Shown here: piece after piece, positions 25,468 through 35,192 of the stretch
Layout: the number at the start of each line of letters is the position of its first letter
Position numbering within the stretch: the first letter of the stretch is position 1
Assembly: GCA_964579185.1 (NCBI GenBank)
Contig: CAZOFK010000001.1
Span: forward strand, 1-42,502
Origin: Candidatus Micrarchaeota archaeon
Lineage (GTDB): Archaea > Micrarchaeota > Micrarchaeia > Micrarchaeales > CABMGC01
Reading direction: 5' to 3'
Length of the DNA stretch: 42,502 bases
The notes under the pieces: generated by a model
Database searches by the model: none
Told to the model about the DNA's origin: nothing
Seen by the model: the letters and a program-made list of their open reading frames with translations, nothing else
Position numbers and translations under genes: made by a program

Positions 25468-26139
25468 TCATGAAACGGTAAAGGTTGTAGGGTCTGATGC
25501 AAACTGGCCTGTGGAATCCATCACAGAGGAATCCACTGTGAATATACCAGTTCCCCATTGTGGCAGCAGCTGGAATGTAAATGAGTTTGATGTCGAAGAT
25601 ATATTGCTGTAAGTTGCGCTGGTCACCAGGGTATCAATAGCATTGTAAACATAGAAATTATATGTATATGGAGGAATACCCCCGCTTACGTAAGCTGTCA
25701 GCGTCTCGTACTGCCCAATGTAAACAATCGGCGCAGATACTGTAAGCACTATGAAAACGAATTTTGGCGCCACGGTCACATTTGCAGTTGAGCAGAAATT
25801 CTTGTTGTATCTCCAGCCTCTCGCTTCTGAACTCTCTGCGTTTGCTATGCAGAATGTGTAATTATATGTACCGGGATTTAGGCTGCTCACGTTTAACGTG
25901 TTTGTATCGGTTCCGTAAGAAATACTGTACCTCCCTATGTTTTCTTCCTGGTAGAGTGTAACTCCCGTAGTGTCAAACCATTGCGAATAGCCCTTATACA
26001 TTATGTCATTTGCAACAAGAGTAACAGAGGAGCCAAACTCTATTGTGCTCCTTCCTGGATTTATCACAGGTATATGTGGGTTGGAGGCAGGCATATGTAC
26101 GCCGGAGTGCGCTGCGGCATTGAGGCCGATGGCGGACAT
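25468..26139 (-). CDS. Secreted Ig-like-repeat protein; true start probably upstream of the annotated ATG
   Basis: Contains the VSGGIPPYTYNF motif shared with the 1353-aa protein. A Sec-type signal peptide is in frame upstream of ATG 26139 but has no canonical start codon (see findings). Confidence 0.55.
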   Translation of the reverse strand: MSAIGLNAAAHSGVHMPASNPHIPVINPGRSTIEFGSSVTLVANDIMYKGYSQWFDTTGVTLYQEENIGRYSISYGTDTNTLNVSSLNPGTYNYTFCIANAESSEARGWRYNKNFCSTANVTVAPKFVFIVLTVSAPIVYIGQYETLTAYVSGGIPPYTYNFYVYNAIDTLVTSATYSNISSTSNSFTFQLLPQWGTGIFTVDSSVMDSTGQFASDPTTFTVS

Positions 26140-26312
26140 AGCTATTATTAAAGTAAAAATGCATATAACTAATCTTATTGTCTTTATGATAGCACCAAAA
26201 CAGAATGCATTTTCGCCTGATGCATTGAATAATTACTAGCCATTGCATCCGTAAAGTATTTATTGATGCCTGTTGTCTGCAGAGTGGGAATAAAAAGAGC
26301 TTAACGTACCTG

Positions 26313-27005
26313 TTAGATACGGTTTCGCGTCTTTGCTGTTCCTCTAGTATTTATACTTGCAGGTTTTCTCTGTGCAGCACTATTCTGCTCGCGCAGTGCT
26401 ACTGTTGTGAACAAGCTATATGTTGAAATCTCGTTTTCTACCCCCTTCTCAAGCTTGTTGTCACCTACCCACAGTGCAAGCGCATCTATCGTCGTATAGT
26501 TACGATATGCGCTAATGATTACAGGAATAACTGACTTTCCCGACCTTTTGAATTTCAGAAATTCTGTTGTGCTTCTACCCTCATATGCCCCTGTTATGCT
26601 TAAGGACTTTGTCGCATCCTCTATTATCTTCCTGTCTGCCTTTTTTGCCTCGTCGAACATGCCTGCGCGTGCGGCTGCTTCAGAAATCATCTTAAATTTT
26701 TTAGCTGCTATGCAATAGTCCGCTGCGGCTTCTATCTCGCCTTTGCTGCTCTCTGCCTTTTTCTCGTAGACTCTGGCTTCTATCACAGCAGGTTTATAAG
26801 CTTTATCCCAGGGGATGTGTGAGTGCGTCTTGGCCTTCTCGGTCTGCATGGTTTGCTCTGTTGCAGTATGACCAATTACATCATGTATACCTAAAATGAC
26901 AATGCCGCTGGATATAACAGCCAAGGCAAGTTTTGCCAAATCCCTGACTTTAGTGTTTATGTTCTTTGTCTCCTTTCTCATTTTACCACGCTTGGAATGA
27001 GGCAT
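26313..27005 (-). CDS. N-terminally anchored membrane protein, function unknown
   Basis: Lys-rich N-terminus, one TM (LAKLALAVISSGIVILGI), about 170-aa helical ectodomain. An alternative start is M9 (26981). Confidence 0.45.
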   Translation of the reverse strand: MPHSKRGKMRKETKNINTKVRDLAKLALAVISSGIVILGIHDVIGHTATEQTMQTEKAKTHSHIPWDKAYKPAVIEARVYEKKAESSKGEIEAAADYCIAAKKFKMISEAAARAGMFDEAKKADRKIIEDATKSLSITGAYEGRSTTEFLKFKRSGKSVIPVIISAYRNYTTIDALALWVGDNKLEKGVENEISTYSLFTTVALREQNSAAQRKPASINTRGTAKTRNRI

Positions 27006-27110
27006 TTTTAGATATATATAGACCTTACCCGAAGCTTTAAATGGCTTCGCTATTTACGAAAAACAGCACGAAACGCATTACATGCCGTTTATTGGTGGCG
27101 GAATGCATTG

Positions 27111-27746
27111 ATGCTACAGCTGAAGGGAAATGTTTTTAACTTCTTAAGTTGCTACTGGTATGGTTGCATGTTCATATATCCGCTGATGTACAGGCATCTC
27201 AGGCGTGGACCGCAGGTTATACTGCCGAAAGACATAGGCATCATAATAGCATTCTCCGGTATAAGCAAGGAGAGCGTATGCATCGACGCGGGTACGGGGA
27301 GCGGATGGCTTGCGATAAGCCTGGCTCGCATCTGCAGTAAGGTATATAGCTACGATATCAGGAGGGATTTTCTTGGAATAGCCGAAAAAAACATGGAGGC
27401 TCTGGGAATAAAGAACCTTGCCCTCAAGAACAAGGATATATTCAAAGGTATAGACGAAAGGAATGTAGACCTCGTTGTACTGGACCTGCCCGACTCCGAA
27501 AGGGCACTGCGGCATGTTAAGAAGGCGCTCAAGGAGCGCGGCTCGGTTGTTGGGTACCTGCCGCACGCGGAGCAGGTCCAGAGATTTGTCAAACGGCTTG
27601 CCTCACTGGGCTTCTATGATGTTTACACCGTCGAGGTGATAGTGAGGGACATCATCGCCAAAGAGACAGGCACCAGGCCCACGACCAAAGGCATATGGCA
27701 TACTGCGTACCTTACATTTGCACGGAAGCCTGGCCAGCCATCCTAG
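27111..27746 (+). CDS. trmI: tRNA (adenine-N1)-methyltransferase TrmI/Gcd14 family (m1A57/58)
   Basis: SAM motif DAGTGSGWLAISLA, VLDLPDSERAL, GYLPHAEQVQRF, C-terminal RPTTKGIWHTAYLTFARK. The usual N-terminal beta-domain looks shortened or absent, and the start is uncertain. Confidence 0.75.
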   Translation: MLQLKGNVFNFLSCYWYGCMFIYPLMYRHLRRGPQVILPKDIGIIIAFSGISKESVCIDAGTGSGWLAISLARICSKVYSYDIRRDFLGIAEKNMEALGIKNLALKNKDIFKGIDERNVDLVVLDLPDSERALRHVKKALKERGSVVGYLPHAEQVQRFVKRLASLGFYDVYTVEVIVRDIIAKETGTRPTTKGIWHTAYLTFARKPGQPS

Positions 27747-27855
27747 CCTCAGCATACATCAACTATTTATGCTTGAAGTTTCATATGGTCTTGCATTAAT
27801 TAATTATTAAATATCAATGAAATATTAATGAGATGTATATGTTAGATGTGTTTTC

Positions 27856-28338
27856 ATGAGACTTCCCAGGATAGCGATAGGTGTAGCAATTATAATTGCA
27901 GTGCTTGCAGCACTTTCGGCTTTTGCTCTGATCGCGCAGCGTGGCTCAAGTGGACTGCAGGCAAAGAGCGTGGCACCAACGACATCTCAGCAGAGTGCTA
28001 ACAACCAGGGCAACACGTCTCTTACCCTGCTCTCTGCTGCGCAGTACGGCCCTTATGCATATCTTATATCTGGAAATTCACTCTCACCTGCTGCTTCGAA
28101 GGCAGCTGCAGGCTTCAATGTAAGCAGAAGGGAAATGCAGAACGGCTCTGTTGAAGTGACGGTGGCGCCCGTATTCGGCGGCAGCAATATAACAGTAGTT
28201 TTGAAACCCGGTGATAGACTGTATTTCATAGAGACCTCGTTTGCCGATGATTCAAACCAGAATGAGTTTTCGCTCGCTGATGACGGGCTTGTAAGAACAG
28301 ATGCCGCGGGGTATATCACAGGCATCTATTATGTTTAG
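27856..28338 (+). CDS. Small secreted or anchored protein, function unknown
   Basis: Signal-anchor MRLPRIAIGVAIIIAVLAALSAFALIA. Lies 10 nt upstream of the next gene, probably as an operon. Confidence 0.45.
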   Translation: MRLPRIAIGVAIIIAVLAALSAFALIAQRGSSGLQAKSVAPTTSQQSANNQGNTSLTLLSAAQYGPYAYLISGNSLSPAASKAAAGFNVSRREMQNGSVEVTVAPVFGGSNITVVLKPGDRLYFIETSFADDSNQNEFSLADDGLVRTDAAGYITGIYYV

Positions 28339-28348
28339 TGTGTAGCGC

Positions 28349-29134
28349 ATGCTGAAGATAGGAGTATATGCTGAGATGGTCGTTTCGCTTCTAGTGCTTG
28401 CTGCAATAGGTATAGCCATGGCAGAGGCGCGAATGCAGCTTCTGACCCAGCTGCTGCTTGCCGTGGTTTCTGCAACAGCCGCTGAATTGCTGCTCAGGTA
28501 TTATAAGCAGAGGCGGAGGGTTACCCTTGCTTCTGTAAACTCTGTAAAGACAGGGGTCATATCAGGGCTTTTTGTAGGAATGCTCCTCAACGCAGGAAGT
28601 GTATGGTATCTGGTAGTTGCCATAGCGCTGCTGAGCATACTGCTTAAGCATGCGCTTGTACTGAAGCACAGGCAGCTGTTCAACACAGCGGCGCTCGGCC
28701 TTCTCGTTTCAGGCATACTATTCAATGAAGGGCCAGGATGGTGGGGTGCATCAAGCCTTGCTGCCATTGTTGTATTGGGGCTTGCTGAGACCTACAGAAT
28801 CAGGGGTTTTAGCATAGTAGTCCCTTTCCTGCTCTTTTACCTGCTCGCTTCCTCTCTCATAATCTGGCCGTGGAGCAGCCTTTCTAAGGGCATAAACGCG
28901 CTTGTGAATATGCTTGAGGCACCAATGATACCATTCTTTGCACTCTTCATGCTTATAGAACCCCGAACCTCGCCGCGCACGACGAGGAATAAGGCCGCGT
29001 ACGGTTCTACTGTCGGCGTAATGGCCCCGCTCTTCTTAAAGTACCTTCCCGGCTATTCCATCCTTGGCGCCCTCCTTGTAGGAAACCTGCTTGTCGCGGC
29101 GCTTCCCTGGCTGAAAGGAATAGTCAGGCGCTGA
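28349..29134 (+). CDS. Polytopic membrane protein with RnfD/NqrB-like motifs
   Basis: LFNTAALG (compare FNPA..G) and MLIEPRTSP (compare TDPVTSP) resemble NQR2/RnfD/RnfE family blocks. About 7 TM helices. No SGAT flavinylation motif seen. Confidence 0.4.
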   Translation: MLKIGVYAEMVVSLLVLAAIGIAMAEARMQLLTQLLLAVVSATAAELLLRYYKQRRRVTLASVNSVKTGVISGLFVGMLLNAGSVWYLVVAIALLSILLKHALVLKHRQLFNTAALGLLVSGILFNEGPGWWGASSLAAIVVLGLAETYRIRGFSIVVPFLLFYLLASSLIIWPWSSLSKGINALVNMLEAPMIPFFALFMLIEPRTSPRTTRNKAAYGSTVGVMAPLFLKYLPGYSILGALLVGNLLVAALPWLKGIVRR

Positions 29135-29135
29135 C

Positions 29136-31394
29136 TTATTGCGCAGGAGGCTTCCTGCTGCCTGCCTGTTTTTTTCTCGTTTTAGATGCATGAGGCCTTT
29201 TTGCTTTAGTGGTGCGTGAGACTTTTCTCTTCTTTATAGCTTTCTTCGCTTCGGCTTTTGGCTTGGAGGCAGGCGCGCTCCTCGGTTCTGCTGCATTGCC
29301 TGATGCAATGGCAGCAGTGCCTTGCACTGCTGCGGCTTTGGCTGCCTGCGGCAGAGGCTTCCATCCTTTTTTGCTCTCGCAGTTAGGATCCAGATCCATC
29401 TCGAATACCTTTCCCTGCCTGAAGACCTTGACAATGGGAGTATGGCAGAACTCGCACACCTTCCCTTTTGGTACAACCCTGGCAAACTGGGGTAATGGAT
29501 AGGTCTGCGTGCATTCCGGCCAGTTCGTGCATCCTACAAAACTCTTCCTGTTGCGCGATACCTTTATGACAAGGTCTCCGCCGCATCTGCATTTACCTAG
29601 GGCATTGGTCTTCTCGGTCTGCCTGAGTCTTTCTGAGAGCTCTTTGCCTATCTCGCCGCTGTGTTCTGAGAATCTTTTGACTGCTTCAGATATTACAGAC
29701 TTTCCCTCGCTTATCACGGCCTCTTTGCTTATCTCACGCTTCGAGATGCGCTCCATGTCTGTTTCAAGCCTCGATGTGAGCTTTTCGTCAAGTATTGTGC
29801 TGCTGTATTTGTTCAGCGTATTGTATACTGACATGCCGAATTCTGTAACCTCTAGCTTCCCTCCTTTTATATATCCGCGCTTGAAGAGCGTGTCTATTAT
29901 GGCTGCCCTTGTCGCTTTGGTGCCCAGGTTCTTCTTTTCAAGAGTGCTTATGAGAGTGGCCTTTGAATACCTCTTTGGCGGCTCTGTCATCCCCTTCTTC
30001 ATATACGCTTTCTCTATGTTGGGCCTTTCCCCTTCCTTAAGATCAGGCAGCGAGTTCTCTTTCTGCTTGTAGTATGGCGCATAGAATTCGAACCAGCCCG
30101 GCTTTTTCAGTATGCTGCCCTTTGCTATATACTCTTCTCCTGCTATATCAAGCAGAATCTCTGATCTCTCAACGATAGCCTCTTCGGCAAAGCACGCCAG
30201 GAACCTCTTCGCGATGAGGTCATAGACCCTCTCCTCGTCATGCTCAAGCCCCTTAGGAAGCTCACCTGTAGGATGGATTGCCGGGTGCGCCTCGTCTGAC
30301 TTGGCGCCTTCCCGTGGCCTGAAGCGGAGGGCTTCTGAGAGCCTTGTCGCTAAGGCGGAGTACTTCTGGTTCTTTGCAAGGTCATTTATTATGCCCTTGA
30401 CGTTGAGCGAATACGGTAGCTTCTGAGACGAGGTCCTCGGATAGGAGATGTAGGCATGCTCATATAGCTTCTGCGCAACTGCAAGCGTCTTGGAAGGGTC
30501 CATGCCGAAGACCCTGCTAGACTCAAGCTGCAGAGAAGTAAGATCGAACGGAGGATACGGATACTGAGCCTCTTCTCTGCGCGCATGCTTTTTTACAACA
30601 GCACTTCCGTTCTTTGTGCTTTCCAGCGAGGCTTTTGCTATTTCCTCGTCTTCTATGTTGCCCCGCCTGTTCTCAAATTCAACACCGCTGCTCAATACGA
30701 ATAGCTTCCAAAAAGGCTTGGAGACGAACGAGCCTATCTCAAGCTCGCGCCTGGCTAATATTGCAAGCGTAGGGCCCTGCACGCGCCCCACGCTGAGTAC
30801 CTTCTTTGTGCCGCTCGCCGCGATCGCGTGCATCAGCGCCCTGCTCAGGTTTATGCCCCATATCCAATCAAGGATGTGCCTGGCTTCCCCTGCATCAAGA
30901 TTTTCCTTGTCAAAAGGCATCAGAGTGCCGTATGCAATATTCAGATCCTTAAGCGTAGTGGTTGAGAATTTCATCCTCCTGACGTTCCCTGGGTTGAGCT
31001 CTGCATTTACATCATGGCTTATTACAGCTTTCAGTATATTTGATCCTATCACTGTACCCTCTATGTCATAGTCGCATGCATTTATGAAGAATGAGCAGCG
31101 CTTCCCCATATCCTCTATGACATCAAGGTATTTCTTGGTGAAGTACGAGGTGCTGCTGACCTTGTATGAAGGGGCCCATTCCACTGAGAAGACAGGCAGG
31201 TGGTCGGTATGTTCCTTCTGGCGTAGGGAGAAGAGATGGCCTGCCGCAGCCACTATGTATAACGTATCACTTCCGCTGTTAACTATATAATAGCTAACGC
31301 CGTTTATTATGCGCCTCTGGGGAGTGGGTCCGCCGAGGGCGAGTGCAAGCCTCGTTGCCACGCTAGGCTTTTCAGCGATTATCAGCTTTTCCAT
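29136..31394 (-). CDS. topA: Type IA DNA topoisomerase (TopA / Topo III-like) with Zn-ribbons and a Lys/Ala-rich basic C-terminal tail
   Basis: TOPRIM start MEKLIIAEKPSVA, GHLFSL, active-site block ISYPRTSSQKLP, Cys4 ribbons (CRCGG...CTNWPEC; CEFC...). Start reset to M25 (31394), which removes the overlap with the upstream small gene. Confidence 0.85.
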   Translation of the reverse strand: MEKLIIAEKPSVATRLALALGGPTPQRRIINGVSYYIVNSGSDTLYIVAAAGHLFSLRQKEHTDHLPVFSVEWAPSYKVSSTSYFTKKYLDVIEDMGKRCSFFINACDYDIEGTVIGSNILKAVISHDVNAELNPGNVRRMKFSTTTLKDLNIAYGTLMPFDKENLDAGEARHILDWIWGINLSRALMHAIAASGTKKVLSVGRVQGPTLAILARRELEIGSFVSKPFWKLFVLSSGVEFENRRGNIEDEEIAKASLESTKNGSAVVKKHARREEAQYPYPPFDLTSLQLESSRVFGMDPSKTLAVAQKLYEHAYISYPRTSSQKLPYSLNVKGIINDLAKNQKYSALATRLSEALRFRPREGAKSDEAHPAIHPTGELPKGLEHDEERVYDLIAKRFLACFAEEAIVERSEILLDIAGEEYIAKGSILKKPGWFEFYAPYYKQKENSLPDLKEGERPNIEKAYMKKGMTEPPKRYSKATLISTLEKKNLGTKATRAAIIDTLFKRGYIKGGKLEVTEFGMSVYNTLNKYSSTILDEKLTSRLETDMERISKREISKEAVISEGKSVISEAVKRFSEHSGEIGKELSERLRQTEKTNALGKCRCGGDLVIKVSRNRKSFVGCTNWPECTQTYPLPQFARVVPKGKVCEFCHTPIVKVFRQGKVFEMDLDPNCESKKGWKPLPQAAKAAAVQGTAAIASGNAAEPRSAPASKPKAEAKKAIKKRKVSRTTKAKRPHASKTRKKQAGSRKPPAQ

Positions 31395-31410
31395 CAGACC
31401 GCCTGCTGAG

Positions 31411-31626
31411 TTACCTTGCCTTTCTCGGAAGCTTTTGCTTCTTCTGCTTGCTTTCAAGGGAGACACGGTATGCCATATAAAAGCCCAGTGCTATAGCTAA
31501 AAGTGCTACCACATAGAAAAGCGATTCGACTCCGTAGATAAAGGCTACGAATGCTGCTATTGTCAGCACAACTATGCCCAAGGCGATAGCCACTGATTTC
31601 TTTTCCTCCTCGTTCATCACATTCAT
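31411..31626 (-). CDS. Small two-TM membrane protein (71 aa)
   Basis: Start reset to ATG 31626, with TTATTAAAAT about 26 nt upstream. Two hydrophobic helices and a K-rich C-terminus. Confidence 0.4.
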   Translation of the reverse strand: MNVMNEEEKKSVAIALGIVVLTIAAFVAFIYGVESLFYVVALLAIALGFYMAYRVSLESKQKKQKLPRKAR

Positions 31627-31939
31627 GAATAGGCTATATATGTAAGATTTTAATAACCTTGCGGAGCCAAGCGCACCCATGCGATGGCATCAAACTGAAG
31701 ATAAGCATGTGCTGCAACATACAGCGTAAGGTATTTGGTTGCTTGAAAACCAGCAGATTAACTGTATGCTACGCGTGCAATGAATGTTTCATAAGCATGC
31801 AGAACCTTTACAGTGAGATACGCATTGCGCACATATAGGAATTTATACTTTTGTGGCATCAGAATCTTTACTGATGCGGGTGCCAGACTGCGTTTGCGCA
31901 TCATATTCTAGAGGCATTGCATAGTTTTGGTGGTTTTGA

Positions 31940-33016
31940 ATGCGCAGTAAGGCTTATAGCGGCGATGTGGAATATATACAGGTCATAGACGAGAATGGAA
32001 AGGCAGACACTGCGCTCTTTCCTGCAGACCTCGATGATGCCAAGATTGCCGGCATGTACAGCGATATGCTCTTCGTAAGGATGCTTGACGCCAAAATACT
32101 CAGCCTACAGCGCCAGGGGCGTGCAGTCACATACGCGCCTCTTATAGGTGAGGAAGCAACTCAGATAGGCAGCGCAAGGGCCATGCGCAGGAATGACCTC
32201 TTTGTGCCATCGTTCAGGCAGCACGGCGTCTATTATGCAAGGGGTTATCCCCTTGAGCTCCTTCTCCTCTACTGGAAAGGGTATGAGGATGGAGCAATAG
32301 CTCCGCAGGGCTCTGAGATGCTTCCCGTGATAGTTCCTGTCTCCACGCAGCTGCCGCATGCAGTTGGAATAGCATATGCGCAACTGTACAAGAAGAAAGA
32401 CGTTGCTGTAGTGGCGTATGTCGGGGATGGAGGCACTTCGGAGGGGGACTTCTACGAGGCGCTTAACTTTGCAGGGGTCTGGAAGGCCCCCCTTGTGGTT
32501 ATCATAGAAAACAACCAGTGGGCCATATCTATGCCGCGGAGCAAGCAGACCTCTGCTGAGACGCTTGCGCAGAAAGCGCTCGCTGTTGGCATAAGGACCG
32601 TGCAGGTTGACGGAAACGATGTGGTTGCAGTGTATAAAGCGGTAAAGTCTGCAATAGATGATGCCAGGAGTGGCCCAACCCTCATAGAGTGCGTTACCTA
32701 CAGGATGAGCATGCATACTACTGCAGACGATCCTACAAAGTACAGGAGTGAATCAGAGCTTGAGAAGTGGAAGAAGAGGGATCCCCTGCTTAGGCTAAGG
32801 GCTTATCTCACAGCCAAAGGCTTGTGGAGCGATGATCTGCAGAAGAAGGCCGAGGCTGAGAATACAGTGAAGATAGATAATGCCGTAGAGAAGGCAGAGC
32901 AATTCAAGCCTGACCCAAAAAGCATCTTCGAGCACGTATATAGCTACATGCCCGAGACCATAAAGGAGGAGATGGACGCTGCTCTCGCCACAAACTTCTG
33001 GGACGAGGTGAAATGA
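31940..33016 (+). CDS. 2-oxoacid dehydrogenase E1 component, alpha subunit (TPP-dependent)
   Basis: GDGGTSEGDFYEALNFA TPP-binding motif; YRMSMHTTADDPTKYR. GGTGG Shine-Dalgarno-like motif 6 nt before the ATG. Confidence 0.9.
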   Translation: MRSKAYSGDVEYIQVIDENGKADTALFPADLDDAKIAGMYSDMLFVRMLDAKILSLQRQGRAVTYAPLIGEEATQIGSARAMRRNDLFVPSFRQHGVYYARGYPLELLLLYWKGYEDGAIAPQGSEMLPVIVPVSTQLPHAVGIAYAQLYKKKDVAVVAYVGDGGTSEGDFYEALNFAGVWKAPLVVIIENNQWAISMPRSKQTSAETLAQKALAVGIRTVQVDGNDVVAVYKAVKSAIDDARSGPTLIECVTYRMSMHTTADDPTKYRSESELEKWKKRDPLLRLRAYLTAKGLWSDDLQKKAEAENTVKIDNAVEKAEQFKPDPKSIFEHVYSYMPETIKEEMDAALATNFWDEVK

Positions 33017-33981
33017 TGCAGATGAATATGGTTAGCGCGCTTAACAATGCGCTTGAGCTTGCAATGAATGAAGATGAAGACGTTGTTCTTCTTGGAGAGG
33101 ATATAGGGAAGGACGGCGGTGTATTCAGAGTCACTGAAGGCTTGCTGGACAAGTTCGGCGAATCAAGGGTCATAGATACGCCGCTTGCCGAATCAGGCAT
33201 AATAGGAAGCGCAATAGGCATGGCTATATCGGGCATGCACCCCATACCTGAGATACAATTCGCAGGCTTCATGTTCCTCGGCTTCAGCCAGCTCGTCAAC
33301 CATGCTGCCAGATACAGGAGCAGGACGCGCTCTACGCTTCCTGTGCCTATGGTAGTGAGAACCCCTGTGGGCGGAGGAATAAGAACGCTTGAGCATCATT
33401 CTGAAAGCCCAGAGGCGTATTACTCGCATATGGGCGGGCTTATAGTAGTGGAGCCCTCAAGTCCGTATGATGCGAAGGGCCTTATGATAAAGGCTGTGCA
33501 TATGAAGGATCCTGTGGTCTTCCTTGAGCCGACAAAGCTTTACAGGCTTTTCAAGCAGGAAGTGCCTGATGGCTTATACGATGTGCCGATAGGCAAGGCT
33601 AGCAGGATCAGAGAAGGCAACGAAATGAGCATTATAACCTATGGCACGATGGTGCCCGTAGTCAGGGACGTGGTAGAAAAGAGAGGCTACGATGCAGATG
33701 TGATAGACCTAAGGACGATAAATCCTCTCGATGAGAACGCTATAATAGAGAGTGTAAAAAAGACAGGCAGGGCCGCGATAGTGCATGAGGCCTCAAAGAG
33801 CTTCGGCGCAGGGGCCGAGATAGCCGCGAGGATAGCTGAGAAAGCTGTGTACGAGCTTGAAGCTCCGATAGAGCGCGTAGCCTCATGCAGCTTTCCGTAT
33901 CCCTTCCCTGGATATGAGAACTTTTATATACCGAACGCTAAGAAGATAGGGGATGCGCTGGAGAGGCTAAAAAACGCCTAG
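33013..33981 (+). CDS. 2-oxoacid dehydrogenase E1 component, beta subunit
   Basis: VIDTPLAESGIIGSAIGMA and DLRTINPLD blocks. ATGA start/stop overlap with E1 alpha. Confidence 0.9.
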   Translation: MMQMNMVSALNNALELAMNEDEDVVLLGEDIGKDGGVFRVTEGLLDKFGESRVIDTPLAESGIIGSAIGMAISGMHPIPEIQFAGFMFLGFSQLVNHAARYRSRTRSTLPVPMVVRTPVGGGIRTLEHHSESPEAYYSHMGGLIVVEPSSPYDAKGLMIKAVHMKDPVVFLEPTKLYRLFKQEVPDGLYDVPIGKASRIREGNEMSIITYGTMVPVVRDVVEKRGYDADVIDLRTINPLDENAIIESVKKTGRAAIVHEASKSFGAGAEIAARIAEKAVYELEAPIERVASCSFPYPFPGYENFYIPNAKKIGDALERLKNA

Positions 33982-33990
33982 GATGGTTGA

Positions 33991-35190
33991 GTGGAGCTTA
34001 GATTTGTAGATGTAGGGGAGGGCATTACTGAGGGCCATATAAGGAAATGGCTCGTCAAGGACGGCGATCTCGTAAGTGAAGACCAGACAATCGCGCAGGT
34101 AGAAACAGACAAGGCCGTTGTTGATATGCCTGCTCCGCGTTCAGGCAGGATAAAGATAGCTGCGCAGGAGGATTCCATAGTGAAGGTTGGAGACATTCTG
34201 GCGGATATAGGGGAGGATGCTAGTGCTGCAGGTGTTACACCTCCGGTGCGTGGAACAGTCCAGGATGCAGAAAGGCCGCCTGAAAAGCCACATGAGGCTC
34301 TTGCTGAGGTATTGGCAACCCCCTCTGTAAGGAAGCTTGCACGTGACCTTGGCGTGGATCTCTCTAAGGTGCACGGCACAGGACCCAACGGGAGAGTACT
34401 TGAAAATGATGTGAGGCTTACAGCTAAGCCTGCACAGCAGAATGCTACGATTACTAAATTCTCGGAACTTAAGGAGGAGCAGCATGCAGGTGAGATAGAG
34501 CGTGTGCAGATGTCGCAGACGCGCAGGGCTATAGCGCGAAAGATGGAACTCTCATGGAGCATACCCCGCGCAGTGCATATGGACAAGCTTAATGCCACAA
34601 AACTCTCGGAGATAGTGCTGCGCGAAAAAGGCAATCTCGCAGAGCGCGGCGTAAAGCTCACATACCTGCCTTTTATCATAAAGGCCACGATCGACGCGCT
34701 TAAGGAGTTCCCGCGCTTCAATGCAAGCTATGACCACGAAAAACTTGAGATCATTGTAAAAAGGTACTACAACATGGGCATTGCCGTGGAGGCTCCCGAC
34801 GGCTTGAAAGTGGTAGTGATTAAGAGCGCGGATAAGAAAAATATAGCCGAGATCGCCGTTGAATTGCGCGAGCTTGGTGAGAGGGCGCGGAGCCAGAAAA
34901 TAACGCTTGAGGAGATGAGTGATTCTACCTTTACCATAACCAATATAGGCAGCCTCGGAGGCGGCTACTTCTCTGTGCCGATGATAAACTACCCTGAGGT
35001 AGCGATATTAGGCATACACTCGATAAGGGACGAGGCTATAGTGGAGAGCGGCATTGTGAAGGCTGCAAAGGTGCTGCCCTTCTCATTATCCTTCGACCAC
35101 AGGGTTGTGGACGGCGCAGAGGCCGTAGCATTCGGCAACGCGCTTATAAAGTACCTCGAGGATCCGGACCTCCTCGAGATCGTGGGATAG
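33991..35190 (+). CDS. 2-oxoacid dehydrogenase E2 (dihydrolipoamide acyltransferase), single lipoyl domain
   Basis: Lipoyl-Lys motif [13 protein letters not shown]. Subunit-binding domain [16 protein letters not shown]. Catalytic [13 protein letters not shown] start. Confidence 0.9.
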   Translation: MELRFVDVGEGITEGHIRKWLVKDGDLVSEDQTIAQVETDKAVVDMPAPRSGRIKIAAQEDSIVKVGDILADIGEDASAAGVTPPVRGTVQDAERPPEKPHEALAEVLATPSVRKLARDLGVDLSKVHGTGPNGRVLENDVRLTAKPAQQNATITKFSELKEEQHAGEIERVQMSQTRRAIARKMELSWSIPRAVHMDKLNATKLSEIVLREKGNLAERGVKLTYLPFIIKATIDALKEFPRFNASYDHEKLEIIVKRYYNMGIAVEAPDGLKVVVIKSADKKNIAEIAVELRELGERARSQKITLEEMSDSTFTITNIGSLGGGYFSVPMINYPEVAILGIHSIRDEAIVESGIVKAAKVLPFSLSFDHRVVDGAEAVAFGNALIKYLEDPDLLEIVG

Positions 35191-35192
35191 GC

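Noticed and set aside
33978-34721. 247-aa ORF antisense to the 5' half of the E2 gene
   Set aside because: Low-complexity S/T/A/C-rich translation with no promoter context. It lies entirely inside a strongly supported conserved CDS. It is a by-product of codon bias.
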